In this document: positions 54,992-63,169 of the stretch, piece after piece | Position numbering within the stretch: position 1 is the stretch's first letter | Layout of the letters: every line of letters begins with the position of its first letter | NCBI GenBank assembly: GCA_022793065.1 | Contig: JAAWCE010000076.1 | Coordinates: 595 to 64,594 of the forward strand | Reading direction: 5' to 3' | Source of the DNA: Lachnospiraceae bacterium | GTDB taxonomy: Bacteria; Bacillota; Clostridia; Lachnospirales; Lachnospiraceae | Length of the DNA stretch: 64,000 nucleotides | Translations under genes and position numbers: made by a program | The notes under the pieces: generated by a model | What the model was told of the DNA's origin: nothing | What the model saw: the letters and a program-made list of their open reading frames with translations, nothing else | Databases searched by the model: none

Positions 54992-56131
54992 ATGAGAATT
55001 AATTACAATGTATCCGCAATGATTTCAAACAATGCTTTGAGAAACAGCGACAGTCTGTTGGCACAATCGCTGGAGAGACTTTCCTCCGGAATGAAAATCA
55101 ACAGCGCTAAGGACAATCCGGCCGGTCTTGCAATGGCTAAGAGGATGAATGCGCAGATGGAAGGTTTATCCGTGGCAAATTCAAATGCCGGCGACGGCGT
55201 GTCTATCATAGAAACAGCCGACGGTGCAATGTCCGAGATCAGCGAAATGCTTCAGAGATTGAATGAGCTTGCGGTAAAATCGGCCAACGGTCTGAATTCT
55301 GAAAAAGATAGAGAAGTAATACAACAGGAAGTAGATCAGCTTACGGAAGAAATTACCAGAGTTGCAGAAGTAACGGAATTTAACGGTCAAAAACTTTTGA
55401 ATGGTGAATTCTCGCTGAAGGGATATACGGATAACCTGGATGTAAAGGTAAAATCTTATTCAACGGAAGTGGCTTCCAAGATATATAATATTGACAATAT
55501 TCATGTGGAAAAAGAGATTATCAATGGGAAGGAAACCGGGGAATATATGGTGAAAATCGACTGCCTGAAGGATGACCCCAGTGATTTTCCCCAAGGTGCC
55601 ACTGCAAGTATAAAGGATCAGCTTGTGACCATTGAGGGCGTAAATGGATTTGAAATGGTATTGGATTTGACAGCAATTGATTTTGAGGCAAACATGCCTT
55701 TGGACATTAATAATCTGCAGGTGGACGCAACGGGTATCGGTGCAATGAGGCTGCAGATTGGCGCAAACGAGGGCCAGATACTAGGAGTTGTCATTCCGGA
55801 GATTTCTCTGAGAGACATGGGGATCGAAGACCTGGATATGACTACCAAGGAGAGTGCGACGGATGCCATTGACCGTGTGGATGGCGCTATGCAGTATGTT
55901 TCCAGTGTCAGAGGACAGTTGGGGGCTTATCAGAACAGATTGGAGTCCACCATTAACAGTTTGGATATTACTTCTGAAAATATGACGGCGGCATATTCCC
56001 GGATTATGGATGTGGATATGGCGGAAGAAATGACCAGTTATACCACTTATCAAGTGTTGACCCAGGCGGGTACTTCTATGTTGGCACAGGCAAACGAACG
56101 GCCTTCACAGGTATTGCAGTTGCTGCAGTAA
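54992..56131 (+). CDS. fliC: flagellin
   Basis: The N-terminus reads MRINYNVSAMISNNALRNSDSLLAQSLERLSSGMKINSAKDNPAGLAMAKRM. The C-terminus reads GAYQNRLESTINSL ... SQVLQLLQ. The central variable domain is short. Confidence 0.93.
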   Translation: MRINYNVSAMISNNALRNSDSLLAQSLERLSSGMKINSAKDNPAGLAMAKRMNAQMEGLSVANSNAGDGVSIIETADGAMSEISEMLQRLNELAVKSANGLNSEKDREVIQQEVDQLTEEITRVAEVTEFNGQKLLNGEFSLKGYTDNLDVKVKSYSTEVASKIYNIDNIHVEKEIINGKETGEYMVKIDCLKDDPSDFPQGATASIKDQLVTIEGVNGFEMVLDLTAIDFEANMPLDINNLQVDATGIGAMRLQIGANEGQILGVVIPEISLRDMGIEDLDMTTKESATDAIDRVDGAMQYVSSVRGQLGAYQNRLESTINSLDITSENMTAAYSRIMDVDMAEEMTSYTTYQVLTQAGTSMLAQANERPSQVLQLLQ

Positions 56132-56299
56132 GAGGAATGTCCATAAGCGCAGCGAAGTAAAAATCCTACTCTATGTACGATTTTGCTTTGCTGCGTGTTG
56201 CGTTTGTATGAATTATGATTTTATTGTCAGGAATTCAGATTGGTATGTGCACAAGAGGGTGTGTAAACGCCCCTCTTTCAGTGCGCTGGGGGTGTAAGT

Positions 56300-56776
56300 A
56301 TGAAAAAAGAGGATAAACAACGCTTTACATTGCGGATTGCACAGGCAAATGCAACGGAATTGGTGGTCATTTTGTACGAGATGCTTTTGTGTTATCTGGA
56401 GGAAGCGGAAGGCGCATTGGCTTTGGAGGATAAAACTGCTTTTCAGGAGGCGCTGCGAAAGTCAAGAGGGTGTCTGAATGAATTATTGGCGTCGCTGCAT
56501 TTGGAATATGAACCGGCACCAACGCTGCAAAGACTTTATCTGTTCTGCATCAGGCGTCTGGCGCGTGCGGGACAGCGCTGTGAGAGCGGATTTCTGGAAG
56601 AAATTAAGCGTGTCATTATTCCGCTGCATGATGCTTATCAGAAAATTGCGGAGCAAAATGGTGCCGGGCCGGTAATGGGCAATTCACAAACAATATATGC
56701 CGGACTGACTTATGGAAGGAATTCATTAACCGAGAACATGACTGACCAGGGAGCGAACAGGGGAATGTTTGCTTGA
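56300..56776 (+). CDS. fliS: flagellar export chaperone FliS-like protein
   Basis: The helical-bundle pattern ANATELVVILYEMLLCYLEEA ... LQRLYLFCIRRLARA matches the FliS layout. The gene lies immediately downstream of flagellin. Confidence 0.65.
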   Translation: MKKEDKQRFTLRIAQANATELVVILYEMLLCYLEEAEGALALEDKTAFQEALRKSRGCLNELLASLHLEYEPAPTLQRLYLFCIRRLARAGQRCESGFLEEIKRVIIPLHDAYQKIAEQNGAGPVMGNSQTIYAGLTYGRNSLTENMTDQGANRGMFA

Positions 56777-57022
56777 TTGACTGCTTACGGGAGTGGTCTC
56801 CACGGCTGCCAGGTTAGCCAGGTGCTTGTATCTTTTTTGAAGAGCGTTAATCTGGTAAATGTAACTGTCGATTAAGTCAAATTCAACAGCATTGTCAAAA
56901 CCCGCATAGGCGATTTCGAGAGCCTGGCGGGTTTTTTCTATGGAATCCCTCAGTGTGACGGGGGCATAGTCTTCCTCTGTCGTATCATCTGTTACGACGC
57001 TTTGACTGAAATATGTTTTCAT
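56726..57022 (-). CDS. yaaL: YaaL family protein (DUF2508-like)
   Basis: The segment LRDSIEKTRQALEIAYAGFDNAVEFDLIDSYIYQINALQKRYKHL matches my memory of the DUF2508 pattern. I chose the ATG at 57022. The 3' end overlaps the fliS 3' end. Confidence 0.55.
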   Translation of the reverse strand: MKTYFSQSVVTDDTTEEDYAPVTLRDSIEKTRQALEIAYAGFDNAVEFDLIDSYIYQINALQKRYKHLANLAAVETTPVSSQSSKHSPVRSLVSHVLG

Positions 57023-57183
57023 AGCACTTTCTTCCTTTCTTATTTGTTTAGAGTTTTCCTGATTCACGGTTCCGTGTTAAAGTATAGGCTTGAATCAGGC
57101 AAAATATTCCAATTTTGGAAAAAAATGATAGTATCATATTTTGCGGGGATGTACATACAATAGTAAAAAACGCAGAGGAACCT

Positions 57184-57378
57184 ATGGAGAAGATTTTAAA
57201 TGTAATTATGAGGGGAATATTGGGAACCATAGCCATATACTTTATCAATTCCATGTTGGAGAGAATGGGAATTTCGCTTGGAGTAGGTGTGAATATGTTT
57301 ACGGTTTTGACATCCGGAATCCTGGGAGTTCCGGGGATTCTGGCGCTTTATGCAATTGGCGTTTACAAAGTTTTGTAA
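57184..57378 (+). CDS. bofA: pro-sigma-K processing inhibitor BofA
   Basis: This is a small two-TM protein with GVGVNMFTVLTSGILGVPGILALY typical of BofA. The ATG at 57184 follows AGAGGA. Confidence 0.75.
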   Translation: MEKILNVIMRGILGTIAIYFINSMLERMGISLGVGVNMFTVLTSGILGVPGILALYAIGVYKVL

Positions 57379-57414
57379 GAAATTAACAAAAACTGTTTTT
57401 TTTCGCTTTCCCTC

Positions 57415-57443
57415 TTGAAATAGGAAAGTATATTCGCTATAAT
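57415..57443 (+). promoter_or_regulatory. near-consensus sigma-A promoter (TTGAAA, 17-nt spacer, TATAAT) driving the Tad operon
   Basis: TTGAAA lies at 57415..57420 and TATAAT at 57438..57443. This leaves a leader of about 170 nt before 57620. Confidence 0.6.
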
Positions 57444-57619
57444 ACACTTACAGCTTGCATGTGGGGATAAAAACAAATGGATCAAAACTGTAAGCTGTAA
57501 GTTCAAAATATTCAATGGATTTCATTCTATTCAAATGATTTCATTTGTGGATTCAGGTAGTTCAAGAGGCAGAAGTCGCCTCAAAGTTCAAGTATTGACA
57601 AAAATAAAAGAAAGAGGAG

Positions 57620-58129
57620 ATGGTGTTTTTGGCGGTCTTGTGTATTTTTCTGGGGGCGGCATGTGGTTACGATTATAAAATCAATAAAATTCCTAATTAT
57701 TTAATTGGATTTCTAATCTTTTGGGGATTGGTATATTGCGGTTCTGGGGGCGGTTTCTGGGGGATGCTTTTTTATCTGGGAAAAATGATACTGGTAGGTA
57801 TTCTGTTTTTTCCCTTTTTCAGCATTGGCGCCATAGGGGCGGGGGATATTAAATTGTTGGGAGTAACGGCAGGGTACTTGCCTTTTGAGAAAATCTTAAT
57901 ATTCATCTTTATTTCTATGCTGGTTGCAGCAGTAATTTCTCTGATGAAAATGTGTAAATGGAAACAATTGGGCAAACGGATGAGGTATATTGTGGAATAT
58001 CTTACAAAGGTGTTTAGGCAGGGCCGGTGGCAGCTTTATCCGGAACAGGAGAATGAGCAACATTCAAAAATTTGCCTGTCAGGTCCTATATTGTGTGGTG
58101 TATTGTTATATTTGGGAGGTATCTATTGA
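57620..58129 (+). CDS. prepilin peptidase, A24 family (CpaA/TadV-like)
   Basis: The first catalytic Asp context is CGYDYKINKIPN and the second is IGAGDIKLLG. Five TM segments are present. The exact start is uncertain, because the RBS abuts ATG 57620 and TTG 57629 is an alternative. Confidence 0.78.
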   Translation: MVFLAVLCIFLGAACGYDYKINKIPNYLIGFLIFWGLVYCGSGGGFWGMLFYLGKMILVGILFFPFFSIGAIGAGDIKLLGVTAGYLPFEKILIFIFISMLVAAVISLMKMCKWKQLGKRMRYIVEYLTKVFRQGRWQLYPEQENEQHSKICLSGPILCGVLLYLGGIY

Positions 58130-59178
58130 AGAAGACGTCCGAACAGGTCATGGTGCTGTGTGATACAGAGGATGAGTATGCCCAGTTGATGACTGAATTT
58201 TTAAAGACACAAAAAGATTTACCCTGGGAACTGCATACATATACAAGTGTGGAGCACCTTCTGCAGGAAGAAACGGATATAATTGAAATGCTGGTGGTGG
58301 CAGAAACGGCATTTTGTCAGGAGATGCGAATACTATGCCCTCATTGTCTGGTGGTCTTAAGCGAAAGTGGAATTATGAGGTGGGAAAATGTTTTATATGT
58401 GGATAAGTACCAGGAAGCAGAAGAGGTGTTGAAATATTTGCTGGGGGTTTATGCGGAAACTACAGATATGAGATTTCCAAAACTGCCTGCAATTTCTAAA
58501 CCTGGCATAAAACGGAAGACTATTTTTATAGGCAATTATTCTCCGGTGAAAAGATGTATGCAGACTTCTTTCGCAATTACGATGAGCCAGATCTTAGCCC
58601 AGGATCATGCTACACTTTACATGAATTTTGAGCACTATGCAGGCATTTCGGAACTTTTGCCCCATATGCAGACTTTGGATATAGCAGATTTACTTTATTT
58701 TCTCAATGCGGAAAAGGACAAGTTCCGGCTGAGGATGCAGATTATCATGAAACACAAAGGACGGCTTGACTATATTCCGCCAATGAAGTCCGGTCAAAAT
58801 CTTTTGTCGATTACAACCAACGAATGGCTGGGATTGCTGCAGAAGGTTGAGGCCCTTGAGGAATATGAATATGTGATTCTTGATTTGAGTGAGAGTATGC
58901 AGGGATTATTTGAAATTCTCAGGTTATGTACCAGAGTTTACACACTGACCAGAGAAGACCGAATTGCCAAAAGTAAATTGCTGCAATATGAGCAGATTCT
59001 TTCACTGTATGATTATGATGATGTATTAAAAAAGACAAAACAGCTCAGTCTGGCACATATACATAAATTGCCGGAAGAATTGGAACAGTTGACGAAAGGG
59101 GAACTGGCTGATATGGTGAAGAAATTGCTTCGTGACTTGAAGACGGAATTAGAATTACAGCAGGAAAATACTGTTTGA
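58126..59178 (+). CDS. TadZ/CpaE-like pilus assembly protein with receiver-like N-domain and degenerate ParA/MinD ATPase domain
   Basis: Position in the locus supports the call. KTIFIGNYSPVKRCMQTSFAITMSQILA occupies the place of the deviant Walker A (xxSxKGGVGKTT). The start is TTG 58126, 7 nt after GGGAGG, and overlaps the upstream stop. Confidence 0.5.
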   Translation: MKKTSEQVMVLCDTEDEYAQLMTEFLKTQKDLPWELHTYTSVEHLLQEETDIIEMLVVAETAFCQEMRILCPHCLVVLSESGIMRWENVLYVDKYQEAEEVLKYLLGVYAETTDMRFPKLPAISKPGIKRKTIFIGNYSPVKRCMQTSFAITMSQILAQDHATLYMNFEHYAGISELLPHMQTLDIADLLYFLNAEKDKFRLRMQIIMKHKGRLDYIPPMKSGQNLLSITTNEWLGLLQKVEALEEYEYVILDLSESMQGLFEILRLCTRVYTLTREDRIAKSKLLQYEQILSLYDYDDVLKKTKQLSLAHIHKLPEELEQLTKGELADMVKKLLRDLKTELELQQENTV

Positions 59179-59200
59179 AGTAAATAGGAGAGTGATAACA

Positions 59201-60418
59201 GTGGAATATGCAGCTATGAAAAAAGAATTGCGGCGCAAGGTGCAGGAAAGGATGGATTTTGTCAAAGATTACACAGATGCCGAGGTGGAAGATATGATAG
59301 ATGAAGTGATTCTGGAAGAGGAAAGGCTTATGCTCGTATCTATTGAAAGCAGGCGCAAACTAAAGCAAGAATTGTTTGATTCATTGCGCAGGTTAGATAT
59401 TTTACAGATGTTTGTGGAGGATAGTTCTGTTACAGAGATTATGATTAACGGAAAGGATCATATTTTTATAGAACAGAGCGGGAAACTTAGGGAATTAGAC
59501 ATAGGATTTGAGTCAGTGGAAAAGCTGCAGGATGTGATACAACAGATTGTAGCAGGGTGCAATCGGGTGGTAAATGAAGCGTCTCCCATTGTAGATGCCC
59601 GGCTTCCAAACGGTTCAAGAGTCAATGTTGTAATGAATCCCATTGCGCTAAATGGTCCCATTGTCACCATAAGACGTTTTCCTGACAAGCCGATTACAAT
59701 GGAGCATTTGCTCCGGACGGATTCTATTTCTTATGAAGCGGCCGGTTTTTTAGAAAAACTGGTGAAAGCGAAGTACAATATCTTTATCAGTGGCGGAACC
59801 GGAAGCGGTAAAACCACGTTTCTGAATGTTCTATCTCAGTTTATTCCTTTGGATGAAAGAGTTATAACCATTGAAGACAGCGCAGAACTGCAATTACAGG
59901 GTTTGTCCAATTTAGTAAGGCTGGAAACGCGCAACAGCAATGTGGAGGGATGCCATGAAATTACCATACGGGAATTGATCAAATCATCATTGCGGATGCG
60001 GCCGGACAGGATCATTGTGGGGGAAGTGAGAGGCGCGGAAGCGGTGGACATGCTTCAATGCCTGAATACGGGACATGATGGAAGTATGTCCACAGGACAT
60101 GCCAACAGTGGAAAAGATATGTTGGCAAGGCTGGAAAATATGGTGTTGATGGGGATGGATTTGCCATTGTCTGCTGTTCGTCAGCAGATTGCTTCGGGGC
60201 TGGATATTTTAATTCATTTGGGCAGACTGCGGGACAAATCAAGAAAAGTATTGGAAATAGTGGAGGTTTTAGCGTGTGAAAAGAATGAAATCAAACTTAA
60301 TCCCCTGTTTCTTTATGAAGAGAAGGGAGAGGATGCGGAAGGGAATATTATGGGAAAACTGCAAAAAAAGGGAGAACTTTTTCGAGGAAACAAGCTTAAA
60401 TCTGCGGGACTATCATAA
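59201..60418 (+). CDS. cpaF: CpaF/TadA family secretion ATPase
   Basis: Walker A is SGGTGSGKTTFLN and Walker B is RIIVGEVRG. The His box is GHDGSMSTGHAN. The start could be GTG 59192, GTG 59201 or ATG 59216. Confidence 0.9.
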   Translation: MEYAAMKKELRRKVQERMDFVKDYTDAEVEDMIDEVILEEERLMLVSIESRRKLKQELFDSLRRLDILQMFVEDSSVTEIMINGKDHIFIEQSGKLRELDIGFESVEKLQDVIQQIVAGCNRVVNEASPIVDARLPNGSRVNVVMNPIALNGPIVTIRRFPDKPITMEHLLRTDSISYEAAGFLEKLVKAKYNIFISGGTGSGKTTFLNVLSQFIPLDERVITIEDSAELQLQGLSNLVRLETRNSNVEGCHEITIRELIKSSLRMRPDRIIVGEVRGAEAVDMLQCLNTGHDGSMSTGHANSGKDMLARLENMVLMGMDLPLSAVRQQIASGLDILIHLGRLRDKSRKVLEIVEVLACEKNEIKLNPLFLYEEKGEDAEGNIMGKLQKKGELFRGNKLKSAGLS

Positions 60419-61154
60419 GTATTGTTGGAAAAAGGGGGAGAGGTGGAAAGTCATAGCAATAAGTGTGGGAATCATGGCAGGAATGGCATATTTTTTCTAC
60501 CATAGCATATGGGCAATGATTCCTCTTTCCGCAGTGGGAATTTATGTATTTCTGCAAATGAGGAATGATAAAGCGGAAAAAGAAAGAGAGGAATTGACTG
60601 TAGAATTTCGGGAATGCATATTGGCGGTTGCCACTTCATTGCAGGCTGGGTATTCGGTGGAAAATGCTTTTTTGGATTGTAAGCAGGATATGATATTAAT
60701 GTTTGGAGAGGACATGCCCATTAGCAGAGAGCTTTTAATTGTTAGAAGGGGATTGGCAATTAATATTCCACTGGAGGAACTTTTGTCAAATCTGGCATAT
60801 CGCAGCCGATGTGATGATATTGCACAGTTTGCACAAATTTTTGCGCTGGCGAAACGAAATGGGGGGAATATGGCTGAAATTATCAGAAGTTCCGCAAATC
60901 AGATTGGAAAGCGTATTGAATTAAAACAAGAAGTGCAAATGCGTGTCAGCGGGAAGAAAATGGAACTTACGATTATGCAATTAATGCCTTTTGCAATTTT
61001 ATTCTATGTCAATGTGGGAAGTCCCGGATACTTTGACAGCCTCTATCATAACCTGACAGGAATTATAATTATGACTGGGTGTTTGACAGTATATTTAGGG
61101 GCGTATCTACTGGGGAGATATATTTTAAAGAGCATTACTGGCCAGGGGAAGTGA
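60333..61154 (+). CDS. tadB: type II secretion system F family protein (TadB-like)
   Basis: A T2SF domain (ELLIVRRGLAINIPLEELL ... RVSGKKMELTIMQLMPF) is flanked by TM helices. The start is ambiguous: ATG 60333 overlaps cpaF by 86 nt, and ATG 60474 or GTG 60465 would remove the conserved DYxxY N-terminus. Confidence 0.65.
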   Translation: MRKGILWENCKKRENFFEETSLNLRDYHKYCWKKGERWKVIAISVGIMAGMAYFFYHSIWAMIPLSAVGIYVFLQMRNDKAEKEREELTVEFRECILAVATSLQAGYSVENAFLDCKQDMILMFGEDMPISRELLIVRRGLAINIPLEELLSNLAYRSRCDDIAQFAQIFALAKRNGGNMAEIIRSSANQIGKRIELKQEVQMRVSGKKMELTIMQLMPFAILFYVNVGSPGYFDSLYHNLTGIIIMTGCLTVYLGAYLLGRYILKSITGQGK

Positions 61155-61214
61155 CGATTTATATAAGAAATTGGAAAACTGGAATGGAAGATTTTGGATT
61201 TGGAGGTGAAAAAA

Positions 61215-62654
61215 GTGTATTGGATTACAATGGCAGTGGCCGGAGGTTATGTGGTTTTATTTGTATTTGCCAGAAGAGAGGACACACCGCCTGATTTTTC
61301 TATAATTTTGGTTCCCTTTTATAAAATGTCGCTATTTTTGCTAAAAAGGATATGGCCTAAATTTCCTGGATTTTTTGCTTCTTCTCAAGTGGAGAAAGAT
61401 TTGTTCCAACTTCATCCCAGCGAGGCAAAAGAATGTTTGAAGACAGAGTATTATGGACGAAAAATGTCCCTTTGCCTGGCGGTCATATTGTTTGGGGTAT
61501 TTCTTTGTTGTGCAGTTAAGTTCAGCGCGCAAAGTGAAGGAGTGTTGGGTCAGGACGGCATTGTGAAAAGAGGTGATTTTCGGGATGACATCAAAGACAT
61601 CCGCATTGTGGCAGACTGCGGAAAACAGAAAATGGAGTTCAGGCTTCAGGTGGAGCCGGTACAATTGACAGAATCGGAAGCCAAAGCACTTTTTGATGAA
61701 TTTCTGGAAGTGCTTCCGAACTATATAAAGGGTGAAAACGAAAGTCTGCAAGCGATTTCTAAAGATTTAAAGCTGGAAAATGAATATGATTCTTATCCTA
61801 TATGGGTGGAGTGGGATAGCGGTGAAAAGGGGTTGTTAAGTGATTCCGGGCATGTGTTTTCGATTGCAGCTCCAAAACAGGTTTGGCTTAAGGCACATTT
61901 GACTTATGGAAAATATAATCAAGACGCGGAGTTTCTAATCACATTATTGCCGCCTGTAGTTTCGGAAGAAGAGAGATTGTACCAGGAATTGGAGCAGATT
62001 TTACTTAACGCTCACGACAACAGCCTGGACGAAAAAGATTGGAAGCTTCCTGCAGAATGGAAAGGGGAGAGAATATATTGGCAGCAGGTTATAGAGGACA
62101 ACAGCTTACTTTTCTGGGTGATGACATTGGGTACAGTGGTGCTGATATACTTTTTTTTCGATAAGGATTTGCATGATCAGATAGAAAGAAGGAAAAAAAG
62201 TCTGCATAGAGATTATCCTGAGATCGTACATAAATTAGTTTTGTTTGTGGGAGCCGGTATGACAATTCGAGGTGCTTTTCAGAAGATTGCCAGTGACTTT
62301 GATACAAAACAAAAAGGGACAGGAAAGCAGTCACCAGCCTGTGCGGAAATGCTGTATACATGCGGGGAATTATGCGCGGGTGTATCCGAAGGTGCGGCAT
62401 ATGAACATTTTGGGAAAAGAACCGGGCTGCAGGAGTATATCCGTTTGAGCACGCTGTTGGCACAGAATTTGAAAAGGGGAAACAGTACTCTGCTGGAACG
62501 GCTAAGAGAGGAAGCTGATAAAGCTGCGGAGGAACAATTACAGCAAAGTAGAAAACTGGGGGAAGAGGCAGAGACAAAGCTATTGGCGCCCATGGTATTA
62601 ATGCTTGCTATTGTAATGGCGCTTATTATGATTCCGGCATTTTCAAATCTGTGA
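61215..62654 (+). CDS. tadC: type II secretion system F family protein (TadC-like) with about 300-aa N-terminal extension
   Basis: The C-terminal T2SF domain reads DYPEIVHKLVLFVGAGMTIRGAF ... KLLAPMVLMLAIVMALIMIPAF. The GTG at 61215 lies 6 nt after GGAGGTG. Confidence 0.68.
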   Translation: MYWITMAVAGGYVVLFVFARREDTPPDFSIILVPFYKMSLFLLKRIWPKFPGFFASSQVEKDLFQLHPSEAKECLKTEYYGRKMSLCLAVILFGVFLCCAVKFSAQSEGVLGQDGIVKRGDFRDDIKDIRIVADCGKQKMEFRLQVEPVQLTESEAKALFDEFLEVLPNYIKGENESLQAISKDLKLENEYDSYPIWVEWDSGEKGLLSDSGHVFSIAAPKQVWLKAHLTYGKYNQDAEFLITLLPPVVSEEERLYQELEQILLNAHDNSLDEKDWKLPAEWKGERIYWQQVIEDNSLLFWVMTLGTVVLIYFFFDKDLHDQIERRKKSLHRDYPEIVHKLVLFVGAGMTIRGAFQKIASDFDTKQKGTGKQSPACAEMLYTCGELCAGVSEGAAYEHFGKRTGLQEYIRLSTLLAQNLKRGNSTLLERLREEADKAAEEQLQQSRKLGEEAETKLLAPMVLMLAIVMALIMIPAFSNL

Positions 62655-62849
62655 ACTGTGAAGACGGAAGAATCATAATTTAGGGAAGATGAAACAGACA
62701 ATATGGCCGGAAAAAAGTGAAAGGTAAGACGGTGAGAAATGAGAATTCAGCATGATAATAGAATTGGTAATTAGAACGGGGTAAGAATGATAAAATTTAT
62801 GACAATAGCTGGATATAAAGAAATAAAATTTGAGAAAGAAAAGAGGTAA

Positions 62850-63086
62850 ATGAATATGTTATTAAATAACAGGATGGAAGTAAGGAAGGATACGCAAGTG
62901 AAAGAAAAGGACTGTGAATTGAAAGGCATAAGGCAACTTTTGTCAGAGGAGGACGGAATGGGCACAGTTGAAATAATATTAATTATTGTGGTCTTAGTGG
63001 GGTTGGTCATAATCTTCAAAAATCAAATTACCCAGGTTGTAAATAATATCTTCAAAAAAATCACAACACAGACAAACAAAGTATAG
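62850..63086 (+). CDS. flp: Flp-type (type IVb) pilin precursor
   Basis: The leader ends in ...EEDG and is followed by MGTVEIILIIVVLVGLVIIF (Flp G/xxxxE plus a hydrophobic helix), then a short C-terminal tail. ATG 62856 is an alternative start. Confidence 0.7.
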   Translation: MNMLLNNRMEVRKDTQVKEKDCELKGIRQLLSEEDGMGTVEIILIIVVLVGLVIIFKNQITQVVNNIFKKITTQTNKV

Positions 63087-63169
63087 GTACAAGTAGTGAA
63101 AATGACTGATTTGTAGTTCCGGACAGTAGGACAAGGGTGTTATAAGAATTTTGCAGGGAGGAAATAGGG

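Noticed and set aside
62655-62849. Internal pilin promoter or small ORFs in the purine-rich tadC-flp spacer
   Set aside because: The best -35/-10 pair (ATGACA ... TAAAAT) has a 19-nt spacer. The micro-ORFs (5 and 11 codons) have no RBS. The evidence is insufficient to call either.
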